Assembly: GCA_964106915.2 (NCBI GenBank)
Contig: OZ066919.1
Direction: 5' to 3' (one strand)
DNA length: 64,000 nt
From: Podarcis gaigeae
Taxonomy: Eukaryota
The translations under genes were made by a program, and so were the position numbers. Position 1 is the first letter of the stretch. Every line of letters begins with the position of its first letter. The notes below the pieces were generated by a model that had not been told where the DNA came from, did no database searches, and saw only the letters and a program-made list of their open reading frames with translations. This document shows positions 12,742-25,859 of the stretch, in pieces.

Positions 12742-12907
12742 GAAAGCTGCAATGAAATACATAATATTTCTGAGCATATGCAGAGTGCCTTCCCTTACTA
12801 CCAAGGATACCTCCAAATGTTGCAGAAAACTGTAATGAAATGGAGAATATTTCTGAGCATATACACAGTGCCTTCCCTTACTACCAAGAAAACCTCCAAA
12901 TTTTGCT
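12742..12907. repeat. Two-unit tandem duplication, 83-bp period, downstream of KCNA10
   Basis: AATATTTCTGAGCATAT.CA.AGTGCCTTCCCTTACTACCAAG.A.ACCTCCAAAT.TTGC begins at 12763 and again at 12846. Confidence 0.85.
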
Positions 12908-13309
12908 GAGATCAGCAATTGTGACAGGCTGACAGAAAGGGCAGCGGGAAACTTTCCTGTTGCAAGGAGTTGCAGCAACTGCATTTTGGCACAATAGTCA
13001 AATTCCTGCTACTTCATCTAGACTAATAGCAATTAAAATAAAGATCAGTTTAATTTTTTCTTGTTGTTAATTTTCATCAACAATAACCCCATTTGTGTAG
13101 AGGAGGCACCCAGAGTATCTATGGCCAACCTAGAATTAAGGGTAAGAGCTTGTTTATAAAACAAAGCAAAACAAAAAAAACATTGATAATAAATTCTCAC
13201 ATTAGGGAACAAGTATTGACCTCAAAGCAAAGAAACAAATGTGAGACAGCCTAGCACTTGGTTATAAAAAGAGACAGAGGATCAAGGAAGAGAGATAAGA
13301 AATACTCTG

Positions 13310-13315
13310 TTTATT
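13310..13315 (-). promoter_or_regulatory. Candidate proximal polyadenylation signal of KCNA10
   Basis: AATAAA on the minus strand about 170 nt after the stop, followed by a pyrimidine/U-rich stretch. More distal AATAAA sites exist (about 12011 and 11085). Confidence 0.4.
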
Positions 13316-13483
13316 CGAAAAGTCACAAGAAGTCAGATAGCAAAAATGAAAGACTGAAAAACCCAAACCAAGTTGTTGTTGCTGTTTTTAAAAAAAGAGA
13401 TTGAGTTACACAGTAGACATGGTTTGTCAATCGGTCAGTCAGAGACCCTGAGACCTTTCAAGGCTTTTATCTTCTGTGACTGC

Positions 13484-15037
13484 TCAATATTTTTTTGTCT
13501 TGTCTTGAGAACAATTTTCATTTGTGTTGTTCAGGGAGTCCATACTCCCATTCCCTGTAACCACACCGGTGAGTATTTTTTCTACCTCCCTAGGTAATAC
13601 TTGTCTCTCTTCATTCTCTGTCTCCCTGTGGTAGAAATAGTTAAAGTTGGAGACAATGACTGGCACAGGAAGTGCAATGGTGAGCACCCCTGCAATAGCA
13701 CATAAAGTCCCCACTATCTTTCCCCCCAGGGTGATAGGACACATGTCTCCATAGCCAACAGTCGTCATGGTGACCACAGCCCACCAGAAGCCATCAGGTA
13801 TGCTGGAGAAATGTGACTGTGGTTCGTCCACCTCTGCAAAGTAGATGGCACTAGAAAACAGGATGACCCCAATGAAAAGGAAGAAGATGAGCAAGCCCAG
13901 TTCCCTCATGCTGGCTTTGAGGGTCTGTCCTAAGATTTGTAGCCCCTTGGAGTGCCGGGAAAGCTTGAAGATACGGAAGACCCTCACCAGGCGAATAATC
14001 CTGAGAATGGCCAGGGACATGTTCTGTTGGCCGTTTAGCTCAGTCTGTTGAATCAGCTCCGTGGTGAGGGTCACAAAGTAAGGAATGATGGACACAATGT
14101 CTATGATGTTCATAATATTCTTGAAGAACTCAGCCTTGCTGGGACAAACAATGAATCTGACAAACAACTCAAAGGAGAACCAGACGATGCAGGCAGTTTC
14201 TATCACAAAGAAGGGGTCTGTGAAGGTATTAGGGACCGCAATGGCTTTGGTTAGATTGTTAGCTTCAGCCTTGAGGTCCTTGATCTCCCTCTCATCTCTG
14301 AACTCAGGTAAGGTCTCTACACAGAAAATGATAATAGAGATGACAATAACCAGGACCGAGACCAAAGCCACCCCTCTGGCTGCACTAGAGCTTTCAGGGT
14401 ACTCAAACAGCAGCCAAAACTGCCTATGAAAGTCATTGGTTGGCAGAAGAGTGACAGGGTCCTTGATGAAGCCTTCATCCTCTCTGAATTGGTCCATGGC
14501 ATCTTCGCCCAGCTCATAGAAAATGATCTCGTCAGCAAAGACATCTATAGGGACGTTGGCTGGGCGCCGGATTTTTCCTCCTGATTGATAGTAGTAGAGT
14601 ATCCCATCAAAGCTAGGCCTGTTTCTGTCGAAAAAGTACTCGTTCCTCATGGAATCAAAGTAGTGTATCCTCTTCTCAGGATCTCCAAGAAGGGTTTCTG
14701 GAAACTGATCCAGAGTCTTGAGCTGTGTCTCAAACCTCAGCCCAGCAATGTTTATGATGACTCTCTGGTCGCCCTCATCCATGCCCACATTCTCCAAGCC
14801 CAGGTGGTCACTGAACTCAGTAGACAATTTGGAGAATATGGTCTCATTGTTTGTGTTCTCACTGTTGATGAGAATTCTCCAGTTGGACAGGAGGCTGGTA
14901 CAGCTGGGATGCCCTTTGTGCGATTGGCCAGCAGCCCTGAGGTCATTTGAAAAACAAGGCTCTTCCGCTACCTCGTCGGTGTTGTCAAAACTAACCAGTG
15001 CCACCTCCATTTCCTTCCAAGTGGACACGTCCATCAT
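13484..15037 (-). CDS. KCNA10: Potassium voltage-gated channel subfamily A member 10 (Kv1.8), uninterrupted coding region, 517 aa
   Basis: KCNA10-specific N-terminus [19 protein letters not shown]1 domain ([15 protein letters not shown]...[21 protein letters not shown]), S4 [19 protein letters not shown], pore [13 protein letters not shown]6 PVP hinge, and a C-terminus without a PDZ xTDV motif. Confidence 0.97.
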   Translation of the reverse strand: MMDVSTWKEMEVALVSFDNTDEVAEEPCFSNDLRAAGQSHKGHPSCTSLLSNWRILINSENTNNETIFSKLSTEFSDHLGLENVGMDEGDQRVIINIAGLRFETQLKTLDQFPETLLGDPEKRIHYFDSMRNEYFFDRNRPSFDGILYYYQSGGKIRRPANVPIDVFADEIIFYELGEDAMDQFREDEGFIKDPVTLLPTNDFHRQFWLLFEYPESSSAARGVALVSVLVIVISIIIFCVETLPEFRDEREIKDLKAEANNLTKAIAVPNTFTDPFFVIETACIVWFSFELFVRFIVCPSKAEFFKNIMNIIDIVSIIPYFVTLTTELIQQTELNGQQNMSLAILRIIRLVRVFRIFKLSRHSKGLQILGQTLKASMRELGLLIFFLFIGVILFSSAIYFAEVDEPQSHFSSIPDGFWWAVVTMTTVGYGDMCPITLGGKIVGTLCAIAGVLTIALPVPVIVSNFNYFYHRETENEERQVLPREVEKILTGVVTGNGSMDSLNNTNENCSQDKTKKY

Positions 15038-15114
15038 ATGGGGGTAATCAGATTAGCGGCATAAATCCCGAGGTTAGATACCGGCAGCTTGCGTCTTTCC
15101 CACGCTATGATGAT

Positions 15115-15146
15115 CTGCAAGTGAACAGACAGAGAGACCGAGAGGA
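15115..15146 (-). promoter_or_regulatory. Candidate splice acceptor for a 5'-UTR intron of KCNA10
   Basis: Minus strand TCCTCTCGGTCTCTCTGTCTGTTCACTTGCAG|ATCATC: polypyrimidine tract plus CAG, 77 nt upstream of the ATG. Confidence 0.6.
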
Positions 15147-16691
15147 TTTTATGTCTATGTGTCGCTTGCTCGCAAAGAATGAAATCAAACTGAGTCCAGG
15201 GTAACTCATCTTCAAACAAATAGAATTAATTACTTTTAATGCTATTAACTTAGTACTGCTGCTGTTATCCCTTCAAGGGAGGATTCGAGTAGGTGTTTCG
15301 CATGCACTCGTTATTTGTGCAACACCTCCCAGCACAGTGCTGAAGGTTATAGGGTTTTACAGGGGCAATGTCTTGGATGGTTTCCAGAAATCCAGCGCCT
15401 CTGCTCTTTTCCCAGGCACTGCAGGTTATCCCTATAAGAGTTTCAAAGCAAAGATCCTTGGGGCAGGAAAAGAGGACCTTAATATTTAATTTATTAGCAT
15501 CTTTTTAGGACCTGTTTTCCCCCCTTTCCTTGTTTGGGGTAGAGCAGAGTTGGGCAAGCAACAGAACCCTCAGTGGCCAGTTTGGATGAGTTCAGTCTTA
15601 ACCCGCTTACCGCAGCTCCCCCCTCCCTCCCCCCCCCCCCCGTCATGGTTTCTGCTCCCAAACATATGGGAAATGCATTGCTCTGGCTTCTTCAAAACAA
15701 GCAGAAGCTGCAAATTTTGCATGCTTCCATGTGACAAAATGCTAAGAGGACAATATGCAGATGTTCAGCTTCTTCTGGTAACAATGCCCGTTTCCCATAT
15801 GTCTGGGAGCAGAAACCCATGGGAGGGTTATTCCCCATGGGCTCAGAGCAATCATCAAACCCACAAGAAGAAGAAAATCAGTTGCCACTAGTAAAGGCCA
15901 TTGTGAGCACTGGACTGGATGCACAATGCATTTTTCCCCTACTACTACTACTACTACAAAGCAATTTTATAGCAGGACCAACACATCTAGGGCAAAATCA
16001 CACAAACTTGGATTTAAACTCATGGCACCCCAGAGATGCCAGTATCTGAGTGGTCCAAAAATAATCTGGAAAAGGGTTTATAGCATTACAATGAAGTATG
16101 GACACTTTTGAGAAAGGAATTTGTGCTACTACAATTATTGAAAAGTATGGCACTCCTCTATAAAAAAGAGCAGCAAAAGTGCTGAAACAAATTTGGGAGG
16201 GGGTTGATTTTTGTACTAGAAATGTTTTGCTCAGCTTTTCAAATTCTCTGTTGGCTTGTAGACACCCAAAGTTCTGACAATCTGACTTTGGAATCTGATT
16301 TTTAGTTCTGTGTGGTGCTTGTTTGAGAGAAGCCAAACCATTCCCTCCCATGTCTGCACCGTTTTGTGACTATTTCCCCAGCACAGACAGCACCATTGTA
16401 AATGTACTTACACAAAGTCCCATGGAGTTCAATCAGACCCACATCCAGATAAATGAATATAGGATTGTAGCCTGAACATCTTACATTTACTCTTGTGATT
16501 TTCCCTGTAGAACACAAATTATGTCATGATTGTGCTGGAGAGATATGGCTGAACTTCAGAGATAAACGTCTTAAGTATAAAATGGGATGTAGCACACCCT
16601 TGATCATTGAGGTTAATTCCTGATATTCCCAAGTGACATAGAACAAAGCTACCCTGCTCAGCATGCTATCTCTAGCTGCTGCAATCCCAAA

Positions 16692-17091
16692 TAGGAATGG
16701 ACAAATGTGTCAATTTCAGTTATCTACCTTTCCCATTTTTCCCATTTTAAAATTCAGTTCTTCACACTTCTGTGCGGGGGGGGATCCTCGCAAAAAATTG
16801 TATGCATTTTAATGCAAATGTCCTTCAATGAACACATTTTGATGTGTCTAATATACACATTTCTGCAACCAATTTTCTATAATCGAATGTGTTTAAGATG
16901 TTATTTCCATGAATACATGCATTTTTTGCACATTTCTCCCCAATATATGTATTGTCTCGTTGGAGAACTGTATTGTAAAATTCAGAATTCAGTGCAAATT
17001 GCTGTTTAAATTCATATATTGGCTGGAGAAGTGGGAATTAGGTAGTTTCTCATTAAAATGTGAACAAAATCAAATTTCCCCTCTGCCCCTA
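16692..17091 (-). mobile_element. Older hAT-type MITE, same family as 9731-10151, inverted
   Basis: TAGGAATG ... GCCCCTA ends. The internal sequence is a diverged reverse complement of the 9.7-10.1 kb element. Confidence 0.6.
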
Positions 17092-18229
17092 GCCCCAGAG
17101 GAGGGGTGGGGAGTAGTCAAGATCTAGCAATTGTATTTGCTCTGCATCCTTTTTATTTTGGTCTAGTCAAAAATATCTGGTACACTGAGAAGGAGCACTG
17201 GAGTGGTTCTACTGGGGCTCCTGTGAAGCCCCTAACCTCACTGCCTCTTTGTTACACCTCTACACTGTTCCAGAAAATGGCAGTAACACTGATGTTAGGA
17301 GGGCAGCTCTGGTCCATCTCTGTGACCACTCCTGAATGAGCCCAATCCCTCCTCTACAGGAGTACATAGAAACAGATATGAAGAATGTACACTATTCAGA
17401 GTTGTGTGACCATAGTTCCCGCCACCCACCATATTTGGGAGCTAAATAAGAATTAAAACTTTGTGCAGTTCTTGTGGCTAAGATACTGGCTTTTTTTGCA
17501 CTGGGTGTATGGTCATGCATGTAGATGCGTGTGCATATATTTGTATATGGCTGTCTTTAATGCAAGGATGGGGATCCAGAACTGAATATCCCTCCACAAG
17601 CCACTTTGACAGGTAGTGGGGTCACCCATCTGCCAGTCATCTGATGCCATAGGACATCAGGTGGTTCCAATTAAAACCTGTGACTACAAAGAAAGTATTA
17701 GGAGTGCTCCTGATTTTTCCTTTAAAGCTACGGCTTAAGTAAAAAAATGAAGTCACAACCCATGCCTTCAAAGGAAGAATGGCACATAGTCTCTCTAAGC
17801 AGGCTCCCAATTCTTCCTTACCAGCTTGGAAAATTCAGTGCTTTTTTAATTTGTTGCATTTTCTGTCACAATTCAAAACTTTCGGAACTCAAGTAGCAAA
17901 CTCCTAGTTTTCTTTTCTTTTAATTTTGCACCACATCATCTTCTGTCATACATACACCTGGCATCACAGAGCATCAGGTGGGCATAGCCTGGGCCAAATC
18001 AGAGCATGGGCAAAATGCAGGAGGTGCTGCTGGACATTGTTAGGCCCATAGAACAGAAGTTCTTGATTGCTGCTTTGATGGAATCCAAAATCTGCTGCAT
18101 TACTCTGCCTTGGCAACACCAGCAACACAAAGGGGAAAGCTATTGTTACTGAAAGCAGTCACTTTGCATCCATCTGCAGATGCCACAGAGCTCTGTTACC
18201 TTCTCCCTCTTACTACGTGAAAGCAATAC

Positions 18230-18231
<2 letters not shown>

Positions 18232-18263
<32 letters not shown>
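18232..18263. repeat. (GAT)n microsatellite
   Basis: About 10 perfect TGA/GAT units. Confidence 0.9.
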
Positions 18264-18811
18264 TTTCACAGCACACCAAATTAGCCACAGCTCTCCCCTT
18301 AATGGAGGAAAGCAGAGCTTGTTCAGCCTGTGTATGTACAAATGACTGATGAGTCTTATCTGTGTGTATTGGTTACAGTTTGCCGTCGCCACTATTGCTG
18401 CACTCTCTCAAGATAGTAATACAATACACCATTGTCTGAGAATGGCGAGTGGAAGGTGAAGTTCTAGAACCACCAGACAACCAGACTCATGTGCCAATGA
18501 AACTGCTGATATGAAACTGTTTCCAACTTGAGTAATTGCAGCTGTGTCCATTATGTGAAATGACACTTACAAACATCTCCCCACTCATTTTCCCCATGTA
18601 TGGTCATCAGATCACCCTTTCTATACACCTGAGCAAAACGGCCTTCACATGCTATCATCTTAAAAGGGAATATTTAGGGGGGTTCTGGGGTCCAAGGACG
18701 CAGTAGATGTGGTCTTCCTTTTGCTCATCATTCACAAGGAATGTGGCCTCCCTGGTGCACTGCTTCACTGCAAAACTGCTTATGTTTTGCACATTGTAGA
18801 CTATGGGCACA

Positions 18812-18819
18812 ATATAATA

Positions 18820-18867
<48 letters not shown>

Positions 18868-19053
18868 TTATTTATACCCCACCCACCTGGCTGGGCTTCC
18901 CTAGCCACTCTGGGCAGCTTCCAACAAAATATGAAAATACAGTAATGCATCAAACATTAAAAGCTTCCCTAAACAGGGCTGCATTCAGATGTCTTCTAAA
19001 AGTCTGGTAGTTGTTGTTCTCTTTGACATCTGGTGGGAGGGTGTTCCACAGGG
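18812..19053 (-). mobile_element. L2 LINE 3' end with long (TAA)n tail
   Basis: (AAT)n at about 18812-18867, followed by the same L2 3' sequence. Minus-strand translation LWNTLPPDVKENNNYQTFRRHLNAALFREAF. Confidence 0.85.
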
Positions 19054-22010
19054 CTAGAGAAGTCTCTTGCCCAAGTCCCATTGGAATGAATGGGAGCAAT
19101 ATGGAGACCACAGTCATAGATTGCACTGCATGAGCCCTTTTCTCTGGAATTGCCATCCTTTGCACACTCATATTTTATGAAGAATCAAGACGCTGAGGCC
19201 CAGCCTTTGCATTCTAGTTACACACACACAGTTTTTAATCTATATTTCTCAGGCCAGTTGTTGTTGCTCTTTTGGGGTGAGCAAAGGTGAATCTAGGAGA
19301 GCGCAACTGGTTTGGTCGCACTGGGTGCGCAACTTCTGGGGTGCTGTGGCAGGCGCCACAATTATTGACATTCAATGGAAGGTAAGAGGTAGGAGGTGGT
19401 GCCAGATTTTGGCACCACACAGGGCAGCACTGAAATTTGAGGTGTCAAGGACCACCACTGGGGGCGGGGGGAATAAAACATAGTTTCTGTGCTAGCTTCT
19501 CTGTGTGCACATGCAAAGTTCTTTTGATGCAATTGAGGAATATTGTACCTTTTAATTAAAAGCTTCCTATTTGCAGCTTCTGCTCTTTTGCTATCTCTTC
19601 CTGTTCAGTGCAACATAGTTTTTTACCTTTTTACCTGCTTGGAGGGATTTAAGTACTGGTTTCCTTCCACTATTTTACTTCTTTTAAATTCCATAGCAAA
19701 ATAGCAATATTTCAGATAATGCAAGGAAATCAATATTCATACTTACACCCAGGCACGAACTTATATAGCTGGAACAGAAGCTGAGCAACTAACAGGCATC
19801 ACATACCCCCCGCTGCATCAAAGAGGAAGCAAGAAAATGGGAAGATGCTGCAGAGAAGAAACTTTTAATTAAGCTCCACTAAGCAGGATTAATTTCTTTA
19901 GGATGCATTATGGAAACATTATTGACCATGTGGATTGCCGTGGCTCAATAATACAGCATAGGAGAACATCCTAACTGTTCCATTTGCACCTGCTGTGCAG
20001 ATTATCGTAGGATCAACATTGATTCAGTACCATACTCTGCTCTGCTATAAATGAATGCATCAAAGGCAAACACGGGAACACCAGTAGTCATGTGGACATC
20101 TTTCTATTTTCCACTGTATTTTTCTTGTTGCTAATGTATGGAAATGCACACTTTAGCTGTAAAGCTAATTGCAAAACTTACTCATAGCTGACTGCAAAAA
20201 AAAAACTAACAAAGGAAACCAGGGGCTGCTAGCCCTATTCATGGACTATTTAAGGGTATTAGTTGGCGTCCTTTTCAGAAAATAAAAGTACAATGTATTT
20301 GCAAAGCCGCAAGGAAACATGCAATATATAACTTAGTTTTCAGCATTGATTTCAAAATGGAAAGTTGTCTCATTTACTCCTCTCTGTAAATCATCCAACA
20401 GCTGCTTCCCAGAATCTGATTAACTAATACTCTTTATCTTAAATCCTCTGCTGGAAAAAAATAAAGGTCATTTTAGGAGGTAGAGTGTTTCTCCCATCAC
20501 ATTCTCTTTGTAAATTAGTATGTTTATGCTGTGCTTTCTCTTCCTTCCCACCCCCCACCCCCCACCAACAAGCTCTTGCCCTTGTCCCATCCCAAAATGC
20601 AGTTACATAAAATTGGTCTCGCTTCCGAGAAGAAGGAGCTCTTGGGTTTCTTCGGTGACTAAAACTCACTGTAAATGGGGGGAAAGCAGCAAAATAGATG
20701 CAGCAATGCATCCTTTTGTCCCCACCTCACCCCAGCCCGATTGCTTAGTCAAGATGACCAGTGAGTTTTTAAAAGCAAGTAACCCTCTGTAATATACTTA
20801 GCCTCAGGACTTACCGGTACAAGGCTGAGACCCACCAAAGCTCAATGCATCTGTCACATGAAACAATTTTACAATAATATTTCAAATTTTTTTAAAAAAA
20901 ACTTAGAGGAGGGAAAAAAGATAATTCACATCTGCCTTTGCTAAGTTCTTCCGAATAGGATAAAAGCAGCAGGCAGGCAATGTAACTGACACTGCTCTCT
21001 TCTATTTTATTAACTTTACATCCGGATAGCTGGTACCTAAGAGGCTGCAGTAGCATATGGTGCTGTAGCCTAAAACTTTACCCCCCTGTTTTTTTCATGG
21101 GAGGAAGAAGAAAAGAAAAGAAAAAGAAGACTTTCATCTTATTGTCCGGCTGGCTTCGGGAAGAGGAGCTGAGAAGTACAGTTAATGCTTGAGACGCAGC
21201 AAAGTCGCCTTTGAAAGATGTTGATGAAGTAGCCGGGCTTGGTGGAAATGGCAGGTAAGATCAAATAACCTCCGGGACAATCTCATCTCTTATCCCATTC
21301 CACTCCTTCAATATGATCACCCTAAACTGCTTATAGAATCATCCCGCCTGCAATATTTGATATCCTTGTAGTCTAGACAGGAATACATTTACTCCAGCGA
21401 GCTCCCATGTGCACCACGGGAGGAAAAGCTGGAGCATTTCCCTGTCCCTCGCGAGGAGCATAATGTACTCTGCCAGGTTTCAAAACAGAAAACGTGCATG
21501 GTTTTCCCAGACCCTCTCATAATGTGCCCTGTTACAACAAACAGGTTTGAGGAAGTTGCACATCAGTGTTGAAAGGATGTTTTGCGTTGCTTCAGTATGT
21601 GGTGTTTTGTTTTGAATATGACTTCATTCCTTTCCTGTTGTTATTTACAGCCAATCCTTATCCGGAAACTATATCTTTTAAAGGTTCTGAGCTAGACTAG
21701 CAGCCCACTGCACCCCCTGCCCCATTCCACAGCTGTTCATGTCATCCACCCTTCTGTTCCATGTGCTGTAACCAGCAGGACTCCAGACTCACGGCATGGG
21801 GGAGAGGACCAGGGCACACATGGAGAAATTATTTTATTATAATCAGTTATTTATGTAATGGTTATTAGCATAAAGGGCATTTCAAGTACATGTGTGGCTC
21901 TCAGTCATCAGGAATTCATAAGTAAGCAGTGAATGCAAGGTTTGGTGGCATATATATATATATATCCCGCAACCACCCTGCAAGGTAGGTCAGTTATATT
22001 ATTTTCATTC

Positions 22011-22250
22011 AAACATGGGAAGCTGCCTTGCCCCAAATCAGGCTATTGGTCCACCTACCTCAGTATTGCTGGATAAGTGTTTAATAGTTATTGTATTTTT
22101 AAAAAACCAATAAAAATCTGTTAAAAAACAAAAAACACAGACTGGTAGTAGCTCTCAGACAGGGGTCTTTCTTGGGCCTACCTGAAGATGCCAGGGATCA
22201 AACCTGGGAGCTTTTGCATGCAAAGGGTTGTATTCTGCCATTACACTATC
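22011..22250 (-). mobile_element. tRNA-Ala-like-headed SINE, diverged and interrupted
   Basis: Reverse complement of the 55061 element: ...GCATGCAAAAGCTCCCAGGTTTGATCCCTGGCATCTTCAGGTAGG ... AGGCAGCTTCCCATGTT. Confidence 0.6.
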
Positions 22251-22530
22251 CCCAAATGGCAGGTGAGGGGAGAGGTTAGGAGAAGCAGTAGCTTGCCTAT
22301 GGCTGGGGCAAGATTAGAACCAGGGACATCCAAGTTGATTGTTCACACTCTTCTTAGTTATGATGCTACACGAGCTCTTACATAGCATCATCAGTGTGCA
22401 AGGCACTTCCAAGAAGCAAACGAGAGAGATCCCTGCCCTAAGGCGCTTGCAATCTAAATTTCAAAGGTGAACACAACAAGTGAAGAGGAGGAAACAGGAA
22501 GCAGAACAAATGTGAGCTGCACATACTTAC

Positions 22531-22566
22531 TATAGAATTGTAGAGTTGGAAGGGAACATGGAGGTA

Positions 22567-22599
<33 letters not shown>

Positions 22600-22706
22600 C
22601 CCGACTAGTCCAACGACCTGTAATGTAGGAATAATTTGGCCATTGTGGGACTTGAACCCACGAACCTGAGATTAAGAGTCTCATGATCTGCCAACTGAGC
22701 TATCCC
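22531..22706 (-). mobile_element. tRNA-Lys(CTT)-derived SINE with CR1-type tail
   Basis: Minus strand GGGATAGCTCAGTTGGCAGATCATGAGACTCTTAATCTCAGGTTCGTGGGTTCAAGTCCCAC, then TTGGACTAG...CCCTTCCAACTCTACAATTCTATA. An (AAT)n expansion lies inside. Confidence 0.8.
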
Positions 22707-23925
22707 AGGTTACGCTTTGGTTCATGGCAGTGAGGTGAGGAATGGTGTGGGAGACCCAGTGGCTGCATCCTGCAGTCTTGGTGCTTCAGAGTTTTAAAGG
22801 GGACATGGCAACCCTATGCACAATAACAGTGGGGAAGAGGCATAGTCAGGAACAACAGTCAATCCCCACTTTCCTTGGCAGATGTATCTGCATATTACAA
22901 GTGGCTGAATCACCTGTCCCTCGTGTGCATGTACTACTTGCTCAGGTGCGCATGTAAAACGTTCAGCCGTTACACCCAAACACCTTAACGTGGGAAGCAG
23001 CCTTCAGAATGATCCCAGGCCCCTCTGAGGCCTTTTGCTCAGATCTTGCAGCTAATCCCTGATGCTACTCAGTATTTCTCAATGGAGAGGGTACCAGGCA
23101 GAGAGCTTGCTCACAGACTTTCCATTTCTAAAGGACCCTCTAATATCTCAGCCCAGAGACTTGATCTCAACACGAAGAACAAAAGCAAAGATTAATAAAC
23201 ACTCAGTTAGGTGTGCCTACCTCTCGCCTGAGACCATGAGGACAGTAGGCTCCTTTAGCTAGGGTGCGCTCACACTCACTTTGAGGCAGCCGTAGCCACT
23301 CTGAATCCCACAAGCAGCTCATTTTAGTCCAGGTTCCTGCCACAGTTCGTGGTCAGTGCCTTTCAGACAGCTGTTATGACTCAAGCCATAACGCCGTGAG
23401 CGTTTATATCCTTTGCAAATAAATAAATAAAGGAAATGACTTCTATAATGAAGCTGTGGATTAAGCTCACTATTTATACACTCAGCTAATATTTGCCCTC
23501 CCTTAATCCTGTTAACTTCTTTGCCTCGGTATCATACTGTTGCAATGAGTTCCACAAGTTAGATACGTCTCTTGGATTTATTTATTTTTTAAGTATAGGG
23601 TTCCTATATATAAAGCTCAGTAGTTATTAGAATTCAGCAGAATAAATTAATTGTGTAATACAGAGTTACATATTTCACATGCATGGAATATGATAGCTGG
23701 TTACTAAAATCGTCTGTCTTACCAAAATTTATGAAACATAGCAAATGATAATTCAAAGAAAGTAATGGGCATTTTAATAAGTACTGCTTCACTAAATGCT
23801 GACTTTCATGTGCTTATATCAATCAGCATTTTCACAGCCAGAACAATTTATATGGCTTTTAAAGCCCTACGTATTTTCACCTACATATCTGCTGTTGTTA
23901 TTATAGGGCTGCATATTTATTTCTG

Positions 23926-24027
23926 ACCAAACTGCAGGAGGCAGTGGAAGACAGGAGTGCCTGGCGTGCTCTGGTCCATGGGGTCACAAAGAGACGGACA
24001 CAACTAAATGACGAAACAACAACAATA
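23926..24027 (+). mobile_element. Bov-B (RTE) LINE extreme 3' fragment
   Basis: Matches the 3' end of the 48.7-49.1 kb Bov-B, with a (CAA)n tail. 13-bp TSD ATATTTATTTCTG at 23913-23925 and 24028-24040. Confidence 0.85.
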
Positions 24028-25859
24028 ATATTTATTTCTGTTGTTTAATGCTGCTGTTTAGTTTTTATCAGTTTTTGTTGCTGTGATTCAATCGTTGTAT
24101 CTGATTTGATGTTGTCAAACCTCTGGAGTCTGTCTGAAGAAGAGTACAATAGGGGTTGGGGGGTTTCCCCTTAAAGCAACAAATAATGTGTTCCCTAGGA
24201 GATGGTGGTCTTACCCCTGAGCAGGTAGTCATCATTAATGGAGTTGTGAAGGTTGGTGGGATCAGTGCATTATTCCTTATTTGTTAACAGTTCTTTGCTT
24301 CTGGAATTATTGTAGCCTAACAAAAACTGGATCCTAGTTCAGTTGGCTGCTGTTGCTGCTGCTCAGAATATAGCAGAAGAACCTTGCGGGTAGCCTGCTA
24401 TGTAGGCAGCATGCTGCAGATGTAAGGAACCTTTTAAAGTATGCATGACGTGGAGCTAGGCTGGCCATGTACCCTACCTTACAGTGGTCAGACCCTTAAC
24501 TGAAGGTCTGTCTGTTCCAAGTCTAGTTCAAAGAAGGAAGAACAGGGGCTTTGAAAATGCCCATCCATGGGGAGCAGCTGGATAGCAGATAGCGCAGGCT
24601 CCCTGTCAGTCTCCCCCATGATGGTGTGATATACTGTATTTCTATGGAAATTACAGTAACTCTCTCTAACTTTGCATCTATAGTTCTAGGCCATCTAGGC
24701 TCTCGCCCCCTCTTTTTGGCCCTGTATAAGCAGCCACCCTTCGTGGAAAAGTTTGGGTAAGAGCCCCTTTCTGGTCAAATGTTTGTATCCAACTCAACGG
24801 TCATAAAAGTATCATAATGCTAAATAAAAAATATATAATGACATAAATTAAGGATCCCTGCTTCGTGGGGGTTGGACTAAATGATGCTTTGAGGCCCTTC
24901 CAACTCTACAATTCTATGATTCTAATTATTATTATTATTGCCTTAAAAGGCCTTGTCTGTGAAGTTTCTCGTTTAAGAAATGCATTGGCTATTGGTCCTC
25001 ATTTGAAGCATTTAGTGGTGAGTTTTAACTGCTGATGACACCTCCCCCCCAAAAAAATGTGCTAATGAAGCAGATTATACTGGGGAGAGTTGGAGCAAGT
25101 GAGGTTTGCATCTTTTCCAGGTGATTTGTGGATGGTTCTTCTGCTTATCCACACACACTTCAAATAAGAATTGTCAACAATATTTAAATATTGCCAAGGG
25201 TTGTTGTGTAACTATATGTACTTCTTGTAATGTGATTACAAGCATTGAGAATGTGAGATGTTTTTAAAATCTGATTTGATCTTAATCAAAAGTAATCAAC
25301 ATACGACATACTCATTATTATAGTCATATACTTGTAACACAGTACAAGTATTACCTGCAAGCATGAAAACTGGTTTCTCTAATTCAATATTCTGCCCAAA
25401 CTCACCCTTACTGAAATCAGTAAGTCCAAAAAGGACTCAACCTTGGGTGATCATGCCAAATTATAACAATTTGTTACAACTGATTTCAAGTTCTATTTCT
25501 AGCTGCAGTTTAATTTGATTATACTTTTTTCTGTTTCAGGGCGGAGGCAACAGAGATGTTTCATGGGAAGCTATGTATGTTATTCTGTCATTGAAAGAAT
25601 TTCTGGCACATGAAGAAGCAAAATGGACTACGCCTCATTTCTCAAAAGGACAATGAGCATCTGCCAATAAACCTATAGAGGACAGCACCAAACATGTCAA
25701 TGGTTTAAAGACTATGGCTTTGTAGTTGGTTAGTTCATTTTTCTCTACATCAACAACACTACTGTGTAGTGTTTGCTTGGACAGCACAGAGGAAATACTG
25801 GATGTCTTTACAGCCACAACAAATAATCAGAACAGAGAAGCCCAGCTGCATTCCTGCTG

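Noticed and set aside
800-13400. Exons of the chymosin/pepsinogen gene that lies downstream of KCNA10 in mammals
   Set aside because: I found no aspartic-protease motifs (DTG, WILGDVF) by eye or in the ORF track. Short exons cannot be fully excluded.
13845-15047. Plus-strand and off-frame ORFs overlapping KCNA10
   Set aside because: Shadow ORFs of the real coding sequence.
22640-22706. tRNA-Lys(CTT) gene
   Set aside because: The acceptor and D stems are damaged and the sequence runs straight into a CR1-like tail with a diverged sister copy, so it is a SINE head.
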